A stretch of 64,000 bases of DNA from Vulcanimicrobiota bacterium. Its GTDB lineage: Bacteria; Vulcanimicrobiota; JAJTBE01. The notes under the pieces were generated by a model that saw only the letters and a list, made by a program, of their open reading frames with translations, was not told the origin of the DNA and searched no databases. This document shows positions 10,134 through 18,417 of this stretch, piece after piece (the first letter of the stretch is position 1; each line of letters opens with the position of its first letter). Location: the NCBI GenBank assembly GCA_021107945.1, contig JAIORV010000162.1, positions 7,999-71,998 of the forward strand, written 5' to 3'. The position numbers and the translations under genes are program-made.

Positions 10134-11291
10134 ATGATCCATAAATCAACTAAACCTGAAACTAATCAAAACGATATAGCCAGGGTATCCGCCGGAACGG
10201 AGCGTGTCCTGGGATTGAGCAATATAAGAATGGAAGATCCTCCAACTTGCGCATATTTTATGATTGGTGAGAACTGCAAGGGCACATGTTTTTTCTGCGC
10301 CAGAAGAAGTGAAAGAGAAAATGAAAACATTGAAACATCACCCAATAATTCAACTTCAAAAAAGCGGGGATTCCTGTCCAGAGTGACCTGGAAACCATAC
10401 AATATTCATACGGTTCTGGAGAAAAACGCAGAGCAATTTGAAAATGGATCGATCAGGAGAACTTGCTTCCAGGTTGTCCGGGACACCGAAGCTTACAGAC
10501 AGACCCTTGAGGCGGTTAAGATGCTCAAGAAAAAATGTGATATTCCCGTATGTGTATCAATAAACGGAATATCCCCGGAGCAGTATGGCGAATTGTATGA
10601 GGCCGGGGTTGAGAGGATAGCGTTTTCGTTTGACGCCGCAACACCGGAATTATATGAGAAAATAAAAGGGAAGTCGTGGGATGAGGAATGGGAAATCTAC
10701 CTTGAAATAAACAGGCGCTTCCCCGGCAGGACGGTAATTCACCTGATAGTGGGACTAGGCGAGACCGAGAAGCAGATGGTAGGGGCGATTGAAACATTCT
10801 ATAGGCACAACTCGGAAGTCTCCCTGTTTGCATTCACGCCGATTCCCGGAACGCCGCTGTCAGGAAGAAAACAGCCTTCTCTTTCGACATACAGAAAGAT
10901 ACAAACCGCTCTTTATATGATAAGAACCGGCATGTGGCAATGTAGGAGGGACGTCCCCGTCCCGATAAACGGAGAATGGAAAACGGATGCCGGATGCCAG
11001 AGCTCACTTCCCGTTTCCCACTTCCCATTTCCCGCCTCCAGCATGTGGGACGTCCCCGTCCCGATGAAATGTAAAAATGAACTATATAAATTCGAAAACG
11101 ATAAAATTATATTTAATCGTGATAAAAGAGACTTCTTCATACAAAATATTCCACAGACCGCATTCCGCACATACGGATGCCCCGACTGTAACAGGCCTCT
11201 ATATAACGAAAGACCGGGGCAGGTTCCATATAATTTCCCCCGGGAGCTTACGGAGGAGGAGCGTATTTCTGCGATTGAGTTGATTTTTTGA
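10134..11291 (+). CDS. lipS2: Radical SAM protein, LipS2-type lipoyl synthase subunit
   Basis: CKGTCFFC (CxxxCxxC) plus C-terminal TYGCPDCNRP, matching the TxGCPxC(N/D)RP signature of LipS2. Carries an in-frame repeat-derived insert. Confidence 0.75.
   Translation: MIHKSTKPETNQNDIARVSAGTERVLGLSNIRMEDPPTCAYFMIGENCKGTCFFCARRSERENENIETSPNNSTSKKRGFLSRVTWKPYNIHTVLEKNAEQFENGSIRRTCFQVVRDTEAYRQTLEAVKMLKKKCDIPVCVSINGISPEQYGELYEAGVERIAFSFDAATPELYEKIKGKSWDEEWEIYLEINRRFPGRTVIHLIVGLGETEKQMVGAIETFYRHNSEVSLFAFTPIPGTPLSGRKQPSLSTYRKIQTALYMIRTGMWQCRRDVPVPINGEWKTDAGCQSSLPVSHFPFPASSMWDVPVPMKCKNELYKFENDKIIFNRDKRDFFIQNIPQTAFRTYGCPDCNRPLYNERPGQVPYNFPRELTEEERISAIELIF
10941..11065 (+). repeat. GTAG-type REP-like element inserted in-frame in the radical SAM gene
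   Basis: tgtaggagggacgtccccgtcccgataaa (10941-10969) is identical to 33942-33970. A partial second copy gggacgtccccgtcccgat lies at 11047-11065, with 7-bp periodic repeats between the two. Confidence 0.8.
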
Positions 11292-11297
11292 TTATTC

Positions 11298-11368
11298 AAT
11301 GCAGAGGACGCAGAGAACGCGAAGGTTTTATATGATTTTCATATTATTTACCACAGAGTTCACAGAGG
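11298..11368 (+). repeat. 9-bp-period dispersed repeat (cgcagagga/cacagag family)
   Basis: gcagaggacgcagagaacgcgaagg and accacagagttcacagag; related copies recur at many intergenic sites in this window. Confidence 0.75.
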
Positions 11369-11374
11369 GCATAT

Positions 11375-11535
11375 AGGTTAGAAGGAATCTATTTTATGAA
11401 TGCCACAAAATCCTCATCTTTGGCATCATAAAAGACCTTGATTTTATATTCAAATAGATTTCTAAATGTTGTACCTCCTGAGTATTGCAAGGAATTCTCC
11501 AATACTATAAGCTTTTTCTATAAAACATTGGTTCC
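11375..11535 (-). pseudogene. Degraded hicA-hicB toxin-antitoxin remnant
   Basis: The minus strand reads ...KAYSIGEFLAILRRYNI* (HicA-like C-terminus) and, after GGAGG, FEYKIKVFYDAKDEDFVAFIK*IP (HicB-like N-terminus with an internal TAG). Confidence 0.5.
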
Positions 11536-11559
11536 TTTTTCATCAGATGATATCTACTC

Positions 11560-11671
11560 CGGGGCTGACTAAAAAGTTGTAATAGTCATCCTGAACTCGT
11601 TTCAGGATCTAATATTCAAACCGTTTGTCAGATCCCGAAACAAGTTCGGGATGACTTATCGAACAGCCCCG
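11560..11671. repeat. Palindromic miniature element (gtcatcctgaactcgtttcaggatc...gatcccgaaacaagttcgggatgac)
   Basis: Outer inverted repeat cggggctg/cagccccg; the inner double hairpin spans 11585-11655. Confidence 0.75.
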
Positions 11672-11777
11672 AATTAAAGGGGGGGCGAATCCGGACAAAA
11701 CTTAACGAAAATAACCAATAAAACTTTGCCTTTCCTTCCCGTTTGGGTTGAATTACAGTCGATTCCCGGACAAAAAA

Positions 11778-14576
11778 TCACCTTGCCCCGTGCTTGCGGA
11801 GAAGGTTAACGATGTTGGTATTGCCATATTTTGCTGAATATTTCAGAGGCGTCATACCGTATTTGTCCTTCGCATTTACATCTGCGCCTTTGGATATAAG
11901 TAATTTGGCAGTTTCGGTTTTACCTTCAATTGCCGCCCAGTGCATAGGTGTCCATCCACGATTACTCTTTGCATTTATATCTGCGCCATTGGATATGAGG
12001 AGTTTGGCAGTGTCGGTTTTACCTTCAATTGCCGCCGTGTGCAGGGGTGTCAGTTCATAATTGTCCTTCGCATTTATATCTGCGCCCATGAATATAAGTA
12101 ATTTGGCAGTTTCGGTTTTACCTTCAATTGCCGCATGGTGCAAGGGTGTTCTACCATGTGAATCCTTCACTTTTATATTTGCTCTTTTTAGAAACAAAAA
12201 AGAAGCGAATATGACTGTTATCAATATAATAAAAGATAATGCCAGCAGACCCCAAGGGGACCTCTTACTACTCACCTTTTTGTCTAAATTTGTTCCCCCA
12301 AGAAGATTGACGATGTCGGCATAGCCCCCGGATTTTGCAAATTGTAGGGGCGTCTTTCCTGAATTATCCTTCGAGTCTATATCCGCTCCTTTAGATATTA
12401 AAAATCTGGCAGTGTCGGTTTTACCTTCAATTGCCGCCGTGTGCAGGGGTGTCAGTTCATAATTGTCCTTCGCATTTATATCTGCGCCCATGAATATAAG
12501 TAATTTGGCAGTTTCGGTTTTACCTTCAATTGCCGCATGGTGCAAGGGTGTTCTACCATGTGAATCCTTCACTTTTATATTTGCTCTTTTTAGAAACAAA
12601 AAAGAAGCGAATATGACTGTTATCAATATAATAAAAGATAATGCCAGCAGACCCCAAGGGGACCTCTTACTACTCACCTTTTTGTCTAAATTTGTTCCCC
12701 CAAGAAGATTGACGATGTCGGCATAGCCCCCGGATTTTGCAAATTGTAGGGGCGTCTTTCCTGAATTATCCTTCGAGTCTATATCCGCTCCTTTAGATAT
12801 TAAAAATCTGGCAGTGTCTGTTTTACCTTCTATTGCCGCTCGGTGCAGGGGTGTCCCGCCGTCATTGTCCTTCTCATTTATATTTGCGCCTTTTGATATG
12901 AGGAGCTTTGCGGTGTCGGTTTCACCATTCCTTGCCGCTTGGTGCAGGGATGTCCATCCGCTATTGTCCTTCTCATTAACATTCGCGCCCTTGGATATAA
13001 GGAGCTTGGTAATGTCGGTATTACCTTCTATCGCCGCACAGTACAGGGGTGTCTCATCGTTATTGTTCTTTGTATTCATATTTGCGCCTTTGGATATAAG
13101 GAGCTTGGCAGTGTCGGTTTTACCATAAAATGCCGCCTTATGCAGGGGTGTCTGGCCATAATTGTCCTTCGCATTTACATTTGCGCCATTCCCTATCAGG
13201 AATCTGGTGGTGAAGATTTTACCTTCAATTGCCGCATTGTGCAAGGATGTCCAACCCTTATTATCCTTCGCATTTACATCCGCCCCCTTGAATACTAAAA
13301 GACTGACTATCCTGAAGGCATCGGAATAGCACGACCCTGCTGCAATATGAAGAGGTGGCACGCCGTAATCGTCCTTCGCATTTACATCCGCGCCCTGGTT
13401 GATATGTTCCTTGACTTTTGCCATATTACCATACTTCACCGCCTTAAAAAAATCATTATATCTACCAAATGGTTTCTTAGGAAAATGTGAGGGAGATTGG
13501 GGAGCAGGAACATGGGCATGGGCAGGAGCAGGAACAGATGTATGTGTAAGCGTAGGCGTAGGTGTAGGTGTAGGTGCAGGATACCTCACGCCACTTGTCG
13601 GGTAGCCTGAGGCAACAGCCCCAGGTGGTTTTGAAATATGAGTGGGTGCAGGTGTAGATACAGTTCCAGGATACCGCCCACCACCTCCATCAAGTATCTC
13701 AATGATCATATCAATCGAACCGGGACGGTTGACGCTGGATATATCCACCATGGACATGATGAGATCGTCAAGAAATTCGGGAACATTATTATTTAAATTT
13801 CTCACCGATTCGAATGTAAAAAGAGGACGGGACGGGTCTTCGGGATTGAGACCGGTAAGGAGATAGTGAATCAGAACCCCCAGGGAAAAAATATCGTTCA
13901 GCGGGGAATCATTGCCACGGTACTGGTCAGGAGAAGCATAGCCCTGCGTTCCCAACATCGTGCCTTTTTGCAGGGGCTTCAATATCTTGGCAATTCCAAA
14001 ATCAATAAGATAGAGCTTACTGTCTTTTATCATTGTATTTGAAGGCTTCAGATCACGGTAAATAACAGGGGGATTCTGAGAATGCAGGTAAGAGAATATG
14101 TCGAGGATTTGCCGGAAATATCCCATAACCTCGTCAAGGGGAAGCGGTGGAATGTTCTGCCTCAGATAGCATTCCAGATCCATGCCTTCGATGAATGTCA
14201 TCACAAGGTAATGTGATGTTTTTCCGCCGGAATCTTTTTTGGTGAAATAATCCGTTACCTTGGGAAGTCCTCCGTGATGGAGCTTCGCCAGCAGTTTTGC
14301 TTCTCTCAGGAACATCTCCTGAAATTTCTTCCCATCTGCATCCAGGTTATAGGTCGCCTGCATTTTTTTAACGGCTACGGTCTCTCCCAGGCGTGTGTCA
14401 ACGGCTCGATAGATACAACCCATGTTCCCTGACTTTAACATGCTTTCCACCTGATATCTGTCGTCCAGAAGCTCAACTTTCCGGGTGGCTGACGGCGACA
14501 TATTCGCCCCGCATTCGTTGCAATACTTCGCTGATGATTTTTGTTTTTTTCCGCAGACAGGGCAGAAACGATCCAT
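11778..14576 (-). CDS. Zinc-ribbon / Ser-Thr kinase / Pro-rich linker / ankyrin-repeat protein with two TM helices (paralogue 1)
   Basis: CPVCG..CNECG, VAVKK, YRDLKPSN, DFG, GYASPDQ; about 8 ANK, TM, 3 ANK, TM, 4 ANK. Start placed at ATG 14576 by comparison with the paralogues. Confidence 0.92.
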   Translation of the reverse strand: MDRFCPVCGKKQKSSAKYCNECGANMSPSATRKVELLDDRYQVESMLKSGNMGCIYRAVDTRLGETVAVKKMQATYNLDADGKKFQEMFLREAKLLAKLHHGGLPKVTDYFTKKDSGGKTSHYLVMTFIEGMDLECYLRQNIPPLPLDEVMGYFRQILDIFSYLHSQNPPVIYRDLKPSNTMIKDSKLYLIDFGIAKILKPLQKGTMLGTQGYASPDQYRGNDSPLNDIFSLGVLIHYLLTGLNPEDPSRPLFTFESVRNLNNNVPEFLDDLIMSMVDISSVNRPGSIDMIIEILDGGGGRYPGTVSTPAPTHISKPPGAVASGYPTSGVRYPAPTPTPTPTLTHTSVPAPAHAHVPAPQSPSHFPKKPFGRYNDFFKAVKYGNMAKVKEHINQGADVNAKDDYGVPPLHIAAGSCYSDAFRIVSLLVFKGADVNAKDNKGWTSLHNAAIEGKIFTTRFLIGNGANVNAKDNYGQTPLHKAAFYGKTDTAKLLISKGANMNTKNNNDETPLYCAAIEGNTDITKLLISKGANVNEKDNSGWTSLHQAARNGETDTAKLLISKGANINEKDNDGGTPLHRAAIEGKTDTARFLISKGADIDSKDNSGKTPLQFAKSGGYADIVNLLGGTNLDKKVSSKRSPWGLLALSFIILITVIFASFLFLKRANIKVKDSHGRTPLHHAAIEGKTETAKLLIFMGADINAKDNYELTPLHTAAIEGKTDTARFLISKGADIDSKDNSGKTPLQFAKSGGYADIVNLLGGTNLDKKVSSKRSPWGLLALSFIILITVIFASFLFLKRANIKVKDSHGRTPLHHAAIEGKTETAKLLIFMGADINAKDNYELTPLHTAAIEGKTDTAKLLISNGADINAKSNRGWTPMHWAAIEGKTETAKLLISKGADVNAKDKYGMTPLKYSAKYGNTNIVNLLRKHGAR
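12005..12818. repeat. Exact 402-bp tandem duplication inside paralogue 1
   Basis: 12005-12406 repeats at 12407-12808. The ORF track shows identical antisense 87-aa ORFs at 12061 and 12463 (offset 402). Confidence 0.92.
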
Positions 14577-14636
14577 TAAGTGTTCCCCCAAAAGAAAATT
14601 ATGGTACTATTCGGACATCTCTTGTAGTAAAAAACT

Positions 14637-14712
14637 ATTCAATCCCGATTTCATGCCGTTTCCCGGCGGGTCGGGAGACCCGCCGCTACCCAAATAGGGG
14701 ACGGGTCTGAAT
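14637..14712 (-). mobile_element. MITE/REPIN-like element with attcagacc-type ends and an internal GTAG REP
   Basis: Imperfect terminal inverted repeat attcaatccc/gggtctgaat; internal gtagcggcgggtctcccgacccgccg on the minus strand; homologous to 26279-26378. Confidence 0.7.
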
Positions 14713-14820
14713 GATTATCCTTTTTATGCCCATTTTTATGACATTAATTATACTTCTGTCACTATAACATTACAGTCTTGATTATATCGTTCTATTCCAA
14801 CGGAATATGCCCTTCCTTAT

Positions 14821-15194
14821 TAAAAAGATCCCTTGCAATCTGTAATTCTGAGTGGACTACGAAAGAATTGCTCTAATCCGATGACTTGCTCAAAGACGTG
14901 ATTATATTGATGCTTGTGATTTACAAAGCGAAGAATCCCTCGAATGTTGGCTTGAGATATCACGCAACATGTGTGATGACAGCGTGGACGACTCTCTTGC
15001 GGGAGATCATTCGCTGTGAAAGACATCGGAGGTAAGTAATACCATTTTGGATTCAAATTTGCCGCATGGGCAGAAAGCCGGTAGCTTCGGCGTCCCCGCC
15101 GGAGAAAGTATTGCGCCGAGGGCGGTTGTCCTCGGTTACACGGACTGAATGTATGCAAAATCTTTCAACGATCAGATTTTCAGGATCTGTTTTA
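14821..15194 (+). ncRNA. Candidate large structured RNA (or structured non-autonomous element), family not recognised
   Basis: Paired ends, nested long-range helices and at least six local hairpins. G-U pairs favour the + strand. No recognisable protein in the frames examined. Confidence 0.5.
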
Positions 15195-18167
15195 TTATTC
15201 TCTCGCCCCTTGTTTGCGGAGAAGATTGACTGTGTCGGTATGTCCATTTAGTAAAGCTTCGCGCAGGGGTGTCCTGTCGTTATTGTTTTTCATGTTTACT
15301 TTTGCTCCTTTGGATATAAGGAGCAAAACGATCTCTGTATGATCATCCTGTGCCGCAAAGTGCAGGGGTGTATCTCCGTTTTTGTCCTTTGCTCTTACAT
15401 CTCCTCTCTTGGATATAAGGAGTTTGGCGGTGTCTGTATGGCCAAAAAATGCCGTGTTATGCAGGGGTGTATCTCCGTTATTGTCCTTTGCGCTTACATC
15501 TCCCCCATTGGATATAATGAGCCTGGCAGTGTCGGTATGACCAAAAAATGCCGTTTTGTGCAGGGGCGTATTTCCGTTGTTGTCCTTTGCGCTGACATCT
15601 CCTCCGCTGGATATAATGAGCTTGGCAGTGTCGGTATGTCCATCCGATGCCGCACTGTGCAGGGGTGTCTTTCCATCATTGTCCTTCGCATTCACATTTG
15701 TGCCTTTGGAGATGAGAAGCTCAACGAAGCCGGTGTGCCCTTTTGATGAAGCGTAATGAAGGGTTGTTCTTCCGTCATTATCCTTTGCATTCACATCTGC
15801 ACCTTTGGATATAAGGAGTTTAGCAGTGTCGGTTTTACCTCCAATTGCTGCTTGGTGTAAGGGTGTTCTACCAAGTGAATCCCTGGCATTTATATTTGTT
15901 TTTTTCAATTTAAGATATGGCAAAAGGGCAAAAGCAGTGAATATTAATGCTATAACGGCAAAACAAATTATCACACCCCGGAAAACCCCCTTTTTTCTTA
16001 TTGTCCCACCTTCAGCTGCCCCCTCGGATATGAGGAGTTTGGCGGTGTTGCTATATCCATTATTCATTGCGTAGTATATGGGTGTCTTGCCTAAATTATC
16101 CTTTACATTTACATCTGCACCTTTGGATAAAAGGAGTTTGACAGTGTCGCTTTTATCTTCACTTGCTGCAAAGTGCAGAGGAGTCCGTCCATCGTTGTCT
16201 TTAGCGCCTATATCCGCTTCCTTGGATAAAAGGAGTTTGGCAGTATCGGTATGGCCAAGAAATACCGTTTTATGCAGGGGCGTATCTCCGTTATTGTCCC
16301 TTGCATTTGTATCTGATCCCTTGGCTATAAGGAGCCTGGCGGTATAGACGTGACCATAAAGTGCCGCATAATGCAGAGGTGTTCGTTCATTATTATCTTG
16401 CACATTTACTCTTGCTCCTTTGGACATAAGGAGCCTGGAGGCGTGTGTGTGACCATAAAGTGCAGCAAAGTGCAGAGGTGTCCGTTCACTATTGTCTTTC
16501 ACATCTATTATTGCTTCTTTGGATATAAGGAGCTGGGCAGTGTCGGTCCTGCCTTCAATTGCCGCTCTGTGCAGGGGTGTCTTTCCATCATGGTCCTCCA
16601 TATTCACATCTGCGCCTTTGGATATAAGGAATCTGGAAATGTCGATGCGGTCTTCTATTGCCACTTTGTGCAGGGGAGTACGTCCCAAATTATCTTTAGT
16701 ATTTACATTTGCGCCACTTTGCACAAGGAGTTCAACGATGTCTATATCGCCGTTGAATGCGGCATAGTGCAGGGGTGCTAAATGGTCATTATTCTTCGTA
16801 TTCACTTTTGCCCCCATGGATATAAGGAGTTTGGCAATGCTGAGATGGCTTTCTATTGCCGCTTTGTGTAAGGGTGTACGTCCAAAATTGTCCTTAACAT
16901 TTACATTTGCACCATTGGAAATAAGGAGTTTGGCGGTGTCGGTATGGCCTTCATACATCGCCCAGTGCAAGGGTGTACATCCGTCATTATCCCGCGCATT
17001 TACATTGGCCCCCTGTTTTATATATTCTTTGACCTGGGCAGTCTTGTGAACCATCGCCGCTGAAAAAAAATCATCATACTTATCAAATTTCTTCCTGGGA
17101 TAACCGGGAGGAGGCGAGGGATCCGGAACAGGTGGTGTGGGTTCAGGTTCAGGTGCAGGTGCAGGCTCAGGAGTGGACGTTGGTGTAGCTTCAGGTGTTG
17201 GCGCAGGCTCTTGGGCGGGAGTTGGTGTAGGTTCAGATATTGGCACGGAATCATTTGTTGGGTCCTGCTGTTTGCTTCCATTCAGTATCTCAATGATTTT
17301 ATCAACCGACTCGGGACGGTTGGCGCAGGTTAAATCCACCATGGACATAATAAGATTATCGAGAAATTCGGGAACATTTTCATTGAAGTCTCTCACCTGT
17401 TCGAATGTAAAAAGAGGGCGGGATGGGTCTTCCGGATCAAGCCCGGTAAGGAGAAAATGTATCAAACCTCCCAGGGAGAAAATGTCGTTTTGGGTGCTAT
17501 CATTGCCCCGCAACTGATCGGGAGAAGCATAACCCGGAGTACCTAACATCGTACCTTTTTCTTGGGGTTTAAATATTTTGGCAATTCCAAAATCGACAAA
17601 ATAGAGCTTGCCGTCATTGATTATGATATTTGAAGGCTTTAGATCACGGTAAATAACAGGAGGGTTTTGAGAATGCAGGTAAGATAATATTTCGAGAACT
17701 TGTCGGAAATACCCCATAACTTCATCAATAGGAAGCGGTGGAAGATTTTGTTCCAGATAGCACCCCAGATTCATTCCTTCGATGAATGTCATAACAAGGT
17801 AATGTGATGTTTTTCCGTCGGGATCCTTTTGGGAGAAAAAATTCGTTACTTTGGGAAGGCCTTCATGATGGAGTTTTATCAAAAGTTTTGCTTCCCTCAG
17901 GAACATCTCTTGAAATTTCATCCCGCCTGTGCCCCGACTAAAAGTCACCTGCATTTTCTTGACGGCTACAGTCTCTCCCAGGCGTGTATCAACAGCTCGA
18001 TAGACACAACCCATATTGCCCGACTTTACAATGCATTCAACCTTATATCGGTTGTCCAGAAGCTCAACTTCCCCGGCAGCTTCCGGTGATATATTCGCTC
18101 CGCATTCGTTGCAATATTTCGCCGATGCTTCTTGCTTTTTTCCGCAGACAGTGCAGAAACGATGCAT
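15195..18167 (-). CDS. Zinc-ribbon / Ser-Thr kinase / Pro-rich linker / ankyrin-repeat protein with one TM helix (paralogue 2)
   Basis: Same kinase motifs as paralogue 1; EPTPTP linker; about 11 ANK, TM (GVIICFAVIALIFTAFALL), 7 ANK. GGAGG RBS. Confidence 0.93.
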   Translation of the reverse strand: MHRFCTVCGKKQEASAKYCNECGANISPEAAGEVELLDNRYKVECIVKSGNMGCVYRAVDTRLGETVAVKKMQVTFSRGTGGMKFQEMFLREAKLLIKLHHEGLPKVTNFFSQKDPDGKTSHYLVMTFIEGMNLGCYLEQNLPPLPIDEVMGYFRQVLEILSYLHSQNPPVIYRDLKPSNIIINDGKLYFVDFGIAKIFKPQEKGTMLGTPGYASPDQLRGNDSTQNDIFSLGGLIHFLLTGLDPEDPSRPLFTFEQVRDFNENVPEFLDNLIMSMVDLTCANRPESVDKIIEILNGSKQQDPTNDSVPISEPTPTPAQEPAPTPEATPTSTPEPAPAPEPEPTPPVPDPSPPPGYPRKKFDKYDDFFSAAMVHKTAQVKEYIKQGANVNARDNDGCTPLHWAMYEGHTDTAKLLISNGANVNVKDNFGRTPLHKAAIESHLSIAKLLISMGAKVNTKNNDHLAPLHYAAFNGDIDIVELLVQSGANVNTKDNLGRTPLHKVAIEDRIDISRFLISKGADVNMEDHDGKTPLHRAAIEGRTDTAQLLISKEAIIDVKDNSERTPLHFAALYGHTHASRLLMSKGARVNVQDNNERTPLHYAALYGHVYTARLLIAKGSDTNARDNNGDTPLHKTVFLGHTDTAKLLLSKEADIGAKDNDGRTPLHFAASEDKSDTVKLLLSKGADVNVKDNLGKTPIYYAMNNGYSNTAKLLISEGAAEGGTIRKKGVFRGVIICFAVIALIFTAFALLPYLKLKKTNINARDSLGRTPLHQAAIGGKTDTAKLLISKGADVNAKDNDGRTTLHYASSKGHTGFVELLISKGTNVNAKDNDGKTPLHSAASDGHTDTAKLIISSGGDVSAKDNNGNTPLHKTAFFGHTDTARLIISNGGDVSAKDNNGDTPLHNTAFFGHTDTAKLLISKRGDVRAKDKNGDTPLHFAAQDDHTEIVLLLISKGAKVNMKNNNDRTPLREALLNGHTDTVNLLRKQGARE

Positions 18168-18281
18168 TAAGACTCCTCCAAAAAATTTGATACTATTCGG
18201 ATATCTCTTTTGATAAAAAACTATTCAATCTCGATTTCATGCCGTTTACGGGTCAATCAGAAGACCGGCATTCATGTTCGG

Positions 18282-18367
18282 TTAAGGTGTTTTCTGATAG
18301 TATTTACCTGGTAGAGGTTGGCTCCTGAGCAACTTGACAGGGTCATGAAACTGTCAAAACGCCTTAA
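18282..18367. repeat. Small element bounded by ~20-bp imperfect inverted repeats
   Basis: ttaaggtgttttctgatagt pairs with actgtcaaaacgccttaa. Confidence 0.55.
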
Positions 18368-18417
18368 ACACGACGGGCCTCCCGATCCGTCATTGCCCAA
18401 TAAAAGTTCTATTTTAT

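Noticed and set aside
15110-15140. Group II intron domain V call
   Set aside because: Lacks the 2-nt bulge and GNRA loop; no GUGYG start, branch-point domain or RT identified.
14820-15158. 112-aa minus-strand ORF in the structured spacer
   Set aside because: No clear RBS, atypical composition and no recognisable family; RNA structure explains the region better.
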